A stretch of DNA of 64,000 nt from Akkermansiaceae bacterium (GTDB lineage Bacteria; Verrucomicrobiota; Verrucomicrobiia; Verrucomicrobiales; Akkermansiaceae), in the NCBI GenBank assembly GCA_051251915.1, contig JBPOGF010000003.1, forward strand, positions 96,001-160,000, given 5' to 3'. The notes under the pieces were generated by a model that searched no databases, was not told the DNA's origin, and worked only from the letters and a program-made list of their open reading frames with translations. This document shows, piece after piece, positions 47,433 to 56,779 of this stretch. Both the position numbers and the translations under genes were made by a program. Within the stretch, counting starts at the first letter, position 1, and each line of letters starts with the position of its first letter.

Positions 47433-49700
47433 TTAGTCGAGTATGTCGTTGATGAAGTTATTTTTCAGTAATAGTTCTCTGGCTGACCAGCCATCTAGTG
47501 GGGCGTCGCTGTCGTAGCGAGAGAAGGAGGAGCTGTAACTTCTGTTGTAGGGGACGTCTTTGTATTGCTGGTCGCTTAGTTTTGTTTTGGTGAAGCCTAG
47601 GTCGGTGAGTGGGCTGAGCTGGAGTGGAGATGGGGGGAAGTTCTGGGCTTGTTTCCAGTAGGTTTTGAATAGGTGTGGGCTGGGCATGTAGTCTGCTTTG
47701 CGGTGGTAGGCGGCTATTTGGAATAGTTGTTTGTTGAGGGCTTGGGATTGGTTAAATCTGGTGGGGTCTTTGGTGATGAGTTTCTGGAGGCGGGATGCTG
47801 CGTTGTAGTAGTGTGGGTCTAGCTGGATGGCTTTTTGGTAGGCGGTGATGGCTTCTGGTTGTTTGTTCATTTCTTCGAAGAGGAGGCCTAGGAGGTAGGG
47901 GGTGCGTGGGTTTTCTGGTTCTTTTTCTAGGAATGCTTGGAGGGTGGGGAGTGCGAGGTTGCGGACGCGTTCATCGTCAAATAGGCCTTCGCAGCCGAAG
48001 CAGTGGCTTTCTTTGGGGCCGAAGCTTACGGGCATGAGCTCGAAGGCTTTTTTGAAGTGGGGGATGGCTTCTTGGAATTTTCCGGCTTCCATGAGGGTTT
48101 TGGCGAGTCGGGACTGGAGGCAGTAGGCGTCGTTGAAGTGTCCGAGGGCTTTTTTGTATCTGTCTGTGGCTTCTTGGATGAGGCCTGCGTGGAGGTAGTC
48201 ATCTGCGGCTTCTCCTTGGCGGATGGAGATGACGACTTGGTGGAGGAAGTTGGCTTTTTCTGTGTTGCCTTGTTTTTCTAGGATGCGGGCGAAGACGTCA
48301 TAGCAGTGCATGCGGATGAATTTTCCGTGGTCGCCGTCTGAGGGGTCTAGTGCGATGGCTTGCTGGATGAGTTTGTCTGCGAGGTTGATTTTGCCATCAG
48401 CGAGTGCCATTTCTGCTTGCCAGATGAGTGGGCGTTCTTCGAAGGGGTCGTATGTATGGATTGAGGCGATGAGGGTGGCGGCGGCTTGTGGGCGGAGTGC
48501 GATGACGTGTTTGTAGTAGACGTCTGTGCCTTGGTTTCTGGCGAGGAGGTGGGAGGAGATTTGGTAGGCTTTGGTTTTGCTTTCTGGGGTGTTTTGCTTG
48601 GTGAGGAGGTCTATGTAGAGGGAGCCGATGGATGGGTTGTCGGCAGCTTGGCCGTGTAGGGTTTGGAAGAATTGGCGTGGGTCTGCTTGGTGTTTTTTGT
48701 GTAGGGTGTTGATTTCTTCTTCGAATTGGTCGGTTTTGCCTAGTTTGTGGAGGGCGGTGAGGCGGTAGTGGAGTAGGGAGTCATGATCTGATGGGAGGAT
48801 GATGTGTTGTTTTTGTGATGGTTTGGTGTTTTGGACTTTGGTGCAGAGGTCGAGTAGGCGTTGGTATTGTTTGTGATGGAGGAGGTAATCTAGTGCGTCT
48901 TGATCTGAGTATGTGTGGAAGTAGTTGCTGTTTTTTTTGCGGGCGATGATGTTTGCTTCATGCATGGTCATGGCTTGCTCACCGAGGTCTGGTTTGTGGA
49001 GGAGGTGGGCGATGGTGGCGAGCTTGGAGATGAGTTCTGCTTGGTCGTCATTATCTGCGTTTTGGATGGCGTTTTTTAGTTGTTCGATGCCTTTAACGAT
49101 GTCGTTTTTGGCGAGAGCTTGGGCCCAGGCGGGTTTGTCTGCTGAGCTGTGACTGTGGTGAGGGTCGCCCAAGTTGGTCATTTTATCGTTGAACCATTTG
49201 ATACTGTTTTCTTGGTCTTTGCTGATGAGTAATAGGTGGCCGAGAATTTCTCCGTAGTTGTAGAGCGGCATTTGAGCTTCATCTTTTAAGAGTGAGCGCA
49301 TGGTTGGCTCTGCGTTTGTTTCATCTTGAGCTAGGAGGATGGAGAAGAGTTGGAGTTTGAGTCTCTCTTGGTATGCGGAGCTGTGCTGAAAGCGGCGGTT
49401 GTCGTTTTTAATGAAGGCGCTGTAGGAGTCGGCATCTTTGGTTACTTCGTTGAGCTTGGTGATGATGGCTGGCCATTGGTCTTGGGGTGGGAGTTCGGTG
49501 TATAGGGTGGCGTGTTTGTTGGTTGTGACGTCTCCGGTGGTGAGGTCGAGTTGGAGGCGGTCTAGCCATTCTTGGGCGGTCTTGGCGGGTTGCATGTTTT
49601 GGCGCTGTGAGACGATGATATCGTCTGCGCTTTGTTTGCTACAGGAGGTGAGGGAGAGGAGGGCTGAGGCTAGTATGAGGGGGAAGCAGAGTTTAGACAT
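47433..49700 (-). CDS. TPR lipoprotein
   Basis: Lipobox LTSC after ATG 49700; several TPRs; HCFGC motif. Confidence 0.82.
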   Translation of the reverse strand: MSKLCFPLILASALLSLTSCSKQSADDIIVSQRQNMQPAKTAQEWLDRLQLDLTTGDVTTNKHATLYTELPPQDQWPAIITKLNEVTKDADSYSAFIKNDNRRFQHSSAYQERLKLQLFSILLAQDETNAEPTMRSLLKDEAQMPLYNYGEILGHLLLISKDQENSIKWFNDKMTNLGDPHHSHSSADKPAWAQALAKNDIVKGIEQLKNAIQNADNDDQAELISKLATIAHLLHKPDLGEQAMTMHEANIIARKKNSNYFHTYSDQDALDYLLHHKQYQRLLDLCTKVQNTKPSQKQHIILPSDHDSLLHYRLTALHKLGKTDQFEEEINTLHKKHQADPRQFFQTLHGQAADNPSIGSLYIDLLTKQNTPESKTKAYQISSHLLARNQGTDVYYKHVIALRPQAAATLIASIHTYDPFEERPLIWQAEMALADGKINLADKLIQQAIALDPSDGDHGKFIRMHCYDVFARILEKQGNTEKANFLHQVVISIRQGEAADDYLHAGLIQEATDRYKKALGHFNDAYCLQSRLAKTLMEAGKFQEAIPHFKKAFELMPVSFGPKESHCFGCEGLFDDERVRNLALPTLQAFLEKEPENPRTPYLLGLLFEEMNKQPEAITAYQKAIQLDPHYYNAASRLQKLITKDPTRFNQSQALNKQLFQIAAYHRKADYMPSPHLFKTYWKQAQNFPPSPLQLSPLTDLGFTKTKLSDQQYKDVPYNRSYSSSFSRYDSDAPLDGWSARELLLKNNFINDILD

Positions 49701-50085
49701 AGATATATTGATATCAGTCGCTTCGAGGGGGACAAGGTAATATTTAGCAATCAAGGGGCTCTAAATGGACTAATACTACACTGCAAAACAAAAGAGACGG
49801 TAATGATTTATGAAGGATGGGGATGTCTGTGCTACGCGATAAGATGAAGAGCTGGGTGTAGCGTATAAAACTTGCGTTGTTCTTCAGTCAGGATGCTCGC
49901 ATCACTCCTTGATTTAATAGAGGTCCACTCTGGCTATCGACTCGTATGTGTCACAGAATGGTAGAAGGTAGAGTGGGCTGACGGTGGTTTTTTTTAGGGG
50001 GCGGTTTCAATGTGGTGATTGTTTTGTGAGATGTATGATATATTATTTGCTAGTCTGGGTGAGTATGGTGTAGGTTGTGTGGACT

Positions 50086-50862
50086 ATGAAACACTTATTG
50101 ATCACTTTACTTTTTTCTACCTCGGTTGTTGTTGCACAGGATGTTGATATGAAACCGGCTGAGGGTGCGGTGTCTCTTTTTGATGGGGAGTCTCTGGTGA
50201 ACTGGAAGCCTGCTAAGGGTGATGAGGGGTTTTGGTCAGTGAAGGATGGGGCGATAGCAGGGGGGGATATGGCGAAGGCGGTGCCGCGTAATGTGTGGCT
50301 TATTTCTGATAAGAGTTATGAGAATTTTGAGCTGAGTTTCTCTGTGAAGTTTACGGATGGTGGTGGGCCTGGGCTGAAGAATTCTGGGGTTCAGGTTAGG
50401 AGCTTAGCGATGGGGAAGCATGTGTGTGGTTACCAGATAGATGCTGGGCCAACGCATGATAAGACGGTGATCAATGGTGGTCTGGGCTACTGGGGGAACA
50501 TCTGGGATGAGTACCGTAGGGGGGCGCTTGTGACTGCGATGAATCAGGATAAGTTGATGGAGAGTGTGAAGCAGTATGATGGGTGGAATGAGTATAAGGT
50601 GGTGTGTGAGGGGCCGAGCATCAAGACGTGGATTAACGGGATACTGGCGCATGATTATACTGAGAAGAATCCGAAGATAGCTGCTGATGGAATCATTGCT
50701 CTACAGGCGCACAAGGGAGGTAAGTTTTTGGTGCATTTTAAGGATGTGAGGATAAAGGAGCTAGCGGGGACTGAGGGGTCTCCTAAGTGGGGTGATGAGG
50801 GAGTGATAAAGGGGCCGGTGAAGAAGGCGAGGAAGCCAAAGAAGGCGCCTAAGAAGAAGTAG
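50086..50862 (+). CDS. DUF1080 (3-keto-disaccharide hydrolase-like) protein
   Basis: SLFDGESL..W, YENFEL, NSGVQ.R, GYQID, WNEY, IALQAH, FKDVRIKEL. Confidence 0.92.
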   Translation: MKHLLITLLFSTSVVVAQDVDMKPAEGAVSLFDGESLVNWKPAKGDEGFWSVKDGAIAGGDMAKAVPRNVWLISDKSYENFELSFSVKFTDGGGPGLKNSGVQVRSLAMGKHVCGYQIDAGPTHDKTVINGGLGYWGNIWDEYRRGALVTAMNQDKLMESVKQYDGWNEYKVVCEGPSIKTWINGILAHDYTEKNPKIAADGIIALQAHKGGKFLVHFKDVRIKELAGTEGSPKWGDEGVIKGPVKKARKPKKAPKKK

Positions 50863-50919
50863 TAGTTAGCTGGAGTTTATGAGTGTAGGTGGCTTGGCGA
50901 TTATGGTGTGCAGGCATCA

Positions 50920-51109
50920 TTTTGGGTGCAGTTGGATCTGACGGAGCCTACTGCTACTCCGATTAAATATGTTTATGATCCTGATCATCTTTTTGGTGAT
51001 CATTAGGCTTGTAGATGCTTTGAATGCATCTCCGGCACCTGAGCCTAGTTCAGTGGCTTTATTGGGGGGTGATATGATTGTGATTACTGAAAAATATGAC
51101 GGGAATTAG
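50920..51109 (+). pseudogene. PEP-CTERM gene remnant
   Basis: VDALNASPAPEPSSVALLGG at 51011-51070, with no complete TM or basic tail; upstream FWVQLDLTEPTATPIKYVYDPD lies in another frame. Confidence 0.65.
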
Positions 51110-51145
51110 GTTGGTGTTAAGTGGTTTATCCTGTATGACAGGGGG

Positions 51146-51505
51146 ATGAATTTTTACACACGGAAGTGGATAAAGCCTGAGGATCTTAATGCGCATAATA
51201 CGTTGTTTGGTGGACGGTTGCTGGCTTGGATCGATGAGGAGGCAGCTATTTATGCGATGTGTCAGGTAGGGGCGAAGAATATGGTGACGAAGTTTGTGTC
51301 AGAGATTAATTTTGTGAGTTCTGCTAGGCATGGTGATGTGATTGAGATTGGGTTTGAGGTGGTTTCATTTGGGTCTAGTTCGGTGACGATGAAGAGTATT
51401 ACGCGTAATAAGAATACGAAGCAGATTATTTTATCGATTGAGAAGATTGTTTTTGTGCTGCTGGATGATGAGGGTAAGCCGGTGCCTCATGGGAAGAAGA
51501 AGTAA
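51146..51505 (+). CDS. Acyl-CoA thioesterase (hotdog fold)
   Basis: PEDLNAHNTLFGGRLLAWIDE, G.SS, FV.LD..GKP. Confidence 0.92.
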   Translation: MNFYTRKWIKPEDLNAHNTLFGGRLLAWIDEEAAIYAMCQVGAKNMVTKFVSEINFVSSARHGDVIEIGFEVVSFGSSSVTMKSITRNKNTKQIILSIEKIVFVLLDDEGKPVPHGKKK

Positions 51506-52000
51506 GGGGAAGGGTGAGAGTTTAGTTATGCCACTCCGCAATGCAAAAGAGAGGAATAAAGGTTTCTGAAATTGCAGGGAATGTGATGCTCGGGTTGTAA
51601 AGAAACCGGTTGATTTTCCCCAATGACTGCGTTTTTCCGTAGTTGTGGTGCTTGCATTACTGCTTTGTTGTGCCTTGGTATTCGTCTCTTTTTCATTAAT
51701 GCATGGTTATAGTTTGGGCAGGGTATTGTTTTATAAAAAATATCAATTTAAAATTACTAGTTGACTTTTATTTGTAATTAAGTAATTATTTTGACAATGC
51801 AAGTTATCACATGATGGCTTTCATTAGAACATTATAAAAATAAACTGATGTTGCTTATTTAGGATTATCCTAGATAGCACACAATATCTGAAAAAATGAC
51901 ATCTTCAACAATGCTAAACTATCTTCCAGCACATCTAATGTGCTCCTGCTGTAAGGGGCAGATGGTAGGTATGCAGGATTTTAAGAAGGTGATTAGATTT

Positions 52001-52055
52001 CCTCCCCTAGATAATATTTTCCTCCCCATATAATATATTCCCCGATATAATATAT
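52001..52055. repeat. Three degenerate tandem copies of a 16-20 nt unit
   Basis: cctcccctagataatatttt / cctccccatataatatatt / ccccgatataatatat. Confidence 0.6.
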
Positions 52056-52160
52056 AGAAAGTAACCATTCTCTGTAATGGTTACTTTTTTTTGGTTTTGT
52101 AAGTTAGATGATTTTTGTTTTTTAGGGTGTTGTGGTGGTATTGTAGAGGTAGCGGGGTGG

Positions 52161-55100
52161 TTAGGGGGAGCCGTGGTAGGTTTTGATGGTGTGGTCTGCG
52201 TGGTAGGTTTTGGTGGCGTTTTGTTTGATGGTTTCCCAGGTTTTGATGGTGGTGGCTGGTAGGGCGTCTCGGCGTTGGGACATGTGGTCTTTGGTTTTGC
52301 GGATGTATTTGTAGGCGGTTTCGTAGGCTAGTTGGCGGTCGGATTTGCCTTCGTTGATGTTGGGGGCTGCGGGGTTGTTTCTTTCCCAGAGGAGTTGGCA
52401 GGCGCGGTTGAGGGCTGGGGCTGAGTGTTGGAGGCTGAAGAAGGTGGTGACCCAGTTGTGTGTGTAGGTGGAGATGGCGAGGTCTGTTTTGTTTTGTTTG
52501 TCGTACGCGAGGGCGAGGAGTTGTTGGATTTCTTGGTTGTGGGTTTTGATGCTGAGGGGGTAGCTGAGGTAGGCTAGGGAGTTGGTTTCTATGGCGGGCC
52601 AGTTTTGTTCTTTGGCTTGTGTGAGTAGCTGGATGAGGTGGTAGTGGGCGGTGGCGCGTGGTGCGGGTGGGGTGTAGGGGTTTTCTAGGATGTTAGAGAG
52701 TTGTTGTTGGGCTTGGGTGGTTTGTTTTGGAGTAGGGTTGGGGGTGTTGGTGAGCTGGATGGCTAGGCCGAGTTGGGCTTCGGTTTTTTTGATGGTGGAG
52801 AGGGAGTTGATGATGGATTGGTAGTAGGTGGTGGCTTCTGCTCGTTGTTGGGGTTGGTTGGCTTTTGAGAGGTGGTTGGCTATTTTTAGGATGGTGAAGT
52901 TGTCTAGGTCTTGGGTGCGGAATTGGTTGATGAGAGTTTGGTAGAGTTGGTTGATTTGGGTGAGGGTTTGTTTTTGAGGCTTGCGTTGTTGAGTGTGTTC
53001 TAGGGTTTGGATTTGGGCGATGATGAGGAGGGCTTGGTGGTAGGCTGAGGGTGTGGTTTTGATGTCCTCGTTGAGGATGCGGAGGATTTCTTGGGTGGTG
53101 AGTTTGTCTTTTCTGAGGTAGTAGAGGTAAGTTTCTAGGGTGGTTTCTATGCCTGGGGTGTTGGGGGTACTGTTGTGGGTGAAGAGGTTTTCTTGGAGTA
53201 GGTGGTGGACGGGGTGTGAGGGGTTTGCCTTTTCTAGGGCGGTGATGGCGGAGGTTAGGATCTGGGTGTGGTAGGGGGATTTGAGGGCGTTGGGGAGGGT
53301 GAGGAACTGGAGGTAGTAGGGGATGGTTTCTGGGAGGCGGTGGTTGGTGAGGCCGTCCCAGAGGGGTTTGCCTAGGAGGTTGATGATGAGGTAGTAGGCT
53401 TCGTCTCGGGCGGCGGTGTTGCCGTTGTCTGTGGCTAGCTGGATAGCTTGCTGGTAGTGGGTGACGGCGGTGTCGTAGTTGCCGAGGGTGAGGTGGGTGT
53501 TGCCGAGGAGGATGGCGGCTGAGGGTGAGATTTGGCTGTTGGTGAAATTTTGTCTATCGAAGGGGTCTGCGAATGGGATGTCTAGGGTGAAGGGGAGGAG
53601 GGTGAGAATGGAGGAGTGTGGTTGGAGTTGTGAGTATTGGGCGAATGCTATGTCGTAGTAAGCAAAGGGGGTGAAGTTGGAGAGTTTGGGGTGGCTGTGG
53701 TGGGAGATGAAATTTCTGAGGAGGGGGATGGATTTGTCCCAGTGGAGGAGCTGGTTCTGCACGGCGGCGGTGAGGTAGGCGGCGTCTGTGTGGTAGGGGT
53801 TGTCTGGTGTGGGTGGGTAGGTGGCTTGGTGCTGGGCGAGGAGGGTGGCGGCGGTCGAGAAGTGTCCTAGGTAGTAGTGGGAGGCGGCGCGGATGAAGCT
53901 GGCGGTTAGGCGGAGGTTGGGGATGGAGGTGTCAGATGGGGAGGGGGTGATGGTTATGTCTTGTGCGAGGGTGAGGGATTGTTGGTATTTCTGGGTGTGG
54001 TAGAGGGTGTTGAGCAGGATGATGCGGATGGGGTTACGGAGTCGGTGGGTGGGGTATTTTTCTAGGAATTGGTCGGCGCGGGTGATGGCGATGTCTGTGG
54101 CTCCGGACTGGGCGGCGAGGCGGGTGAAGTTGTAGAGGTTTTCTGGCTGATTGGGGGTGTCTGGGTAGGTTTCTAGGAGGATGGTGTAGAGGGTGAGGGC
54201 TTTTTGGAGATTGGTTGTGTTTGGGGAGTGCTGGAGGGCAATGGCGCGGGCTTGGATGGCGATGGCGATGGTGTTTTTTTGGGCTTGGTTGGCTTGGGTA
54301 GGTTGGTTTGGCTGGATGTGTTTTGGGTCTGGGTTTTGTAGGGTGGTGATATCTAGTGCGGTGGCGTGCTGGTAGATGCCGGGGATGAGGGTGGTGAGGT
54401 GGAGGGAGGTTAGGGGTAAGTTTTTCTGGGCGGTTTGTAGGATGAGTTTGCTGAGGTGGGGGAGGAGGGTGTTGTAGGTGTCTTTGGTGAGGGTGAGGTT
54501 GTCTGGGCTGGTGGTGAGGGTGCGCTGGATGGTGGAGGGGATGAGGGTGTCATCGCTGGTGCTGGTAGCGATGTCTGTGAGGGTGCTGAGGGCGGTGAGG
54601 ATGGCGCGTGGGCTGGGGGTGTTTCTGCCGGTGTAGAGGAGGGCTTTCTGGATGAGGGTGATGGCTTCTTTGGTGTCGTTTTGGGCTTGTTCTGGTGACT
54701 GATCAGTGGTGGATTTTTTCCAGAGGCAGATGGCTAGGTTGATGTTGAACTCGCTGAGGTGGTAGGGGTCGAGGGCGCTGCTTCGCTCGTGGAGGAAGAG
54801 TTTGTATGAGTCGATGGCGAGTTGGTATTTGCCTAGGGATTGGTGGGCGTTGCCTCGGAGGAGGAGGGATTTTACGCGGTAGGTGTTACCATTGTCGTTT
54901 GGGGGGTTAACGGCGAAGCATTGATTGAATGACTTGATTGCTTCTAGGAAGAGTTGGGTGGCGGCTAGCTTTTGCTTGGGGTCATTTTGTTTTTGTTTGT
55001 TTTGGGCTATTTTGAGTTGGCAGAGTCCTTTGTAGTAGTAGGTGGTGGCGAATCTTGCGCCGTGTTTTTTGAGGCCGGTGGTTTTGTTTTGTTCAATGAG

Positions 55101-55292
55101 TGGGGTGAGGAGGTCGAGGGATTGTTGCCATTTTTGCTGTTCCATTAGGGCGATGGATTGCTGGATGATGCGGGTGTGAGGGTCGGAGGAAGGAGTGGTG
55201 GCATCCTGGGCGAGGGAGAAATTTCCTAGCAGGATTACTAGCAGGTGGAGCGAGAGGAGGAGAGGTTTGATGATGTGGCTGAGGGGCGTCAT
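52161..55292 (-). CDS. Large secreted TPR protein (start probably ATG 55292)
   Basis: Signal peptide; helical repeats (YYYKGLC, LLETYPDT, FLEKYPTH, AYYDIA). Confidence 0.82.
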   Translation of the reverse strand: MTPLSHIIKPLLLSLHLLVILLGNFSLAQDATTPSSDPHTRIIQQSIALMEQQKWQQSLDLLTPLIEQNKTTGLKKHGARFATTYYYKGLCQLKIAQNKQKQNDPKQKLAATQLFLEAIKSFNQCFAVNPPNDNGNTYRVKSLLLRGNAHQSLGKYQLAIDSYKLFLHERSSALDPYHLSEFNINLAICLWKKSTTDQSPEQAQNDTKEAITLIQKALLYTGRNTPSPRAILTALSTLTDIATSTSDDTLIPSTIQRTLTTSPDNLTLTKDTYNTLLPHLSKLILQTAQKNLPLTSLHLTTLIPGIYQHATALDITTLQNPDPKHIQPNQPTQANQAQKNTIAIAIQARAIALQHSPNTTNLQKALTLYTILLETYPDTPNQPENLYNFTRLAAQSGATDIAITRADQFLEKYPTHRLRNPIRIILLNTLYHTQKYQQSLTLAQDITITPSPSDTSIPNLRLTASFIRAASHYYLGHFSTAATLLAQHQATYPPTPDNPYHTDAAYLTAAVQNQLLHWDKSIPLLRNFISHHSHPKLSNFTPFAYYDIAFAQYSQLQPHSSILTLLPFTLDIPFADPFDRQNFTNSQISPSAAILLGNTHLTLGNYDTAVTHYQQAIQLATDNGNTAARDEAYYLIINLLGKPLWDGLTNHRLPETIPYYLQFLTLPNALKSPYHTQILTSAITALEKANPSHPVHHLLQENLFTHNSTPNTPGIETTLETYLYYLRKDKLTTQEILRILNEDIKTTPSAYHQALLIIAQIQTLEHTQQRKPQKQTLTQINQLYQTLINQFRTQDLDNFTILKIANHLSKANQPQQRAEATTYYQSIINSLSTIKKTEAQLGLAIQLTNTPNPTPKQTTQAQQQLSNILENPYTPPAPRATAHYHLIQLLTQAKEQNWPAIETNSLAYLSYPLSIKTHNQEIQQLLALAYDKQNKTDLAISTYTHNWVTTFFSLQHSAPALNRACQLLWERNNPAAPNINEGKSDRQLAYETAYKYIRKTKDHMSQRRDALPATTIKTWETIKQNATKTYHADHTIKTYHGSP

Positions 55293-55448
55293 GTGGTGTT
55301 TAAACGATGCTGTGTGATGAAAAATTAGCCTGATTAGGGAGAGAATGCAATGAGGTATGTTATTTGTTGAGGCTGGGGCGTTTATGGGGAAAGCGATTGG
55401 AATGTTCATTTTTATTTGAACGCTGATGGGTTTTAGGATACTAATTTT

Positions 55449-55943
55449 ATGATGTTTGACAGTAAAGAAACTGATACTACTGGGGGTAATGTGGAGTTGG
55501 AGGGGATGGTGCGCGAGTTTTTTGCGGATGCGGTGAAGGTGTTGGGGTTGCCTAAGAGTGTGGGTGAGATTTATGGTACTTTATTTATAAGCAAGGTTCC
55601 TTTATCGTTGGATGATCTGGTGGTGAGGCTGGGGATGAGTAAGGGGAGTGGTAGTCAGGGGTTGAAGATGTTGCGGACTTTGGGGGCTGTGAGTGAGGTG
55701 GAGGGAATTGAGGGAAGGAAGGTTTTTTATGAGGCAGATGTGGAGTTGAAGAGTCTGGTGGGAGGGTTTATTAGGGAGGAGATACGGCCGCATTTGACGA
55801 GTGCAAAGATGAAGATTCAAAAGATGGATGCGTGTAATGTGAGTGAGGATGAGCATTACGATGAAAGGATAAAGAAACTGGGGAGATGGCGGAAGAGGGC
55901 TGGTTTGTTGTTGCCTATTTTACAAAAAATCCTTGGGAAGTGA
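55449..55943 (+). CDS. GbsR/MarR family transcriptional regulator
   Basis: GLPKSVGEIYG.LF...PLSLDDL...LGMSKGS.S.GLK.L...G.V...RK.FY. Confidence 0.88.
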   Translation: MMFDSKETDTTGGNVELEGMVREFFADAVKVLGLPKSVGEIYGTLFISKVPLSLDDLVVRLGMSKGSGSQGLKMLRTLGAVSEVEGIEGRKVFYEADVELKSLVGGFIREEIRPHLTSAKMKIQKMDACNVSEDEHYDERIKKLGRWRKRAGLLLPILQKILGK

Positions 55944-55948
55944 ACTAA

Positions 55949-56488
55949 ATGATGTTGGATAAAGTAGAAAACGATAAGTGGTATGTGGTGCGAGCGCAGC
56001 CGAAGCGTGAGCATATATCAGCTAAATATATACGGAAGGAGTTAGGCTTGGAGGTGGTGGCGCCGCAGATCCGGTATACGAAGGTGACGCGTAGGGGTAA
56101 GGTTTTGTGGAAGGAGGCGATGTTTCCGGGGTATTTGTTTGTGAAGTTTGATAGGGATGTGGATGAGAGGGGGGTGTGTTATGCGCCTGGGGTGCTGAAG
56201 TTGGTGAGGTTTGGGGATTATGTGCCTGATATTGGGGAGGAGTTTGTGCTTAGTTTGAGGGATATTGTAGGAGATGAAGAGGTGTTGGATCTGCAGCATG
56301 GGGTTGAGCTTGGTCAGGAGTATGAGGTGGCGGGTGGTGCGTTGAAGGGGAGTGTGGGTGAGGTGGTAGAGGTGCTTCCTGGGGGGCAGCGTGCTCTGCT
56401 TTTGATGGAAATGATAGGTGGGGAACGGGTGATAGAGGTGGATGTCTACTCGCTGTTATTACCGAGTCGGCCTGATCTTAATCATTAG
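55949..56488 (+). CDS. NusG-paralog antiterminator (RfaH/UpxY-like)
   Basis: WYVVRAQPKRE, MFPGYLFV, GV..LVRFG, KOW-like GGALKG; directly upstream of a polysaccharide operon. Confidence 0.9.
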   Translation: MMLDKVENDKWYVVRAQPKREHISAKYIRKELGLEVVAPQIRYTKVTRRGKVLWKEAMFPGYLFVKFDRDVDERGVCYAPGVLKLVRFGDYVPDIGEEFVLSLRDIVGDEEVLDLQHGVELGQEYEVAGGALKGSVGEVVEVLPGGQRALLLMEMIGGERVIEVDVYSLLLPSRPDLNH

Positions 56489-56510
56489 AAATTAAGCTAA
56501 TGATTAAGAT
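56475..56510. promoter_or_regulatory. Perfect 14-bp inverted repeat (weak terminator or operator)
   Basis: ATCTTAATCATTAG-N8-CTAATGATTAAGAT, overlapping the stop codon of the NusG paralog. Confidence 0.6.
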
Positions 56511-56740
56511 TTCTTAAATAAGCTTGAGTTGTGATGATCATTATTTTATATAGCTTTCAAGGTAGCAAGTTAAGAACTCTTAATTATTGATAGGGTTTCT
56601 ATAATATAGTTCATTTTTTATTGAACTAAAATAGAAATCTGATGTCTTAGCAGGCAAGGGCAATTTCGTAATGGCGAAATTTCAGCAAATATTTTGTATA
56701 GATTGTAAGGTTTCTTCCGAGGTAAGGGAGTTCGACCAAG

Positions 56741-56751
56741 GGCGGTAGCGT
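56741..56751 (+). promoter_or_regulatory. ops element (JUMPstart-like)
   Basis: GGCGGTAGCGT, preceded by CCAAG, 28 nt before the ugd ATG. Confidence 0.85.
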
Positions 56752-56779
56752 AAATAGAATTTAAATCAATTATTTAAAG

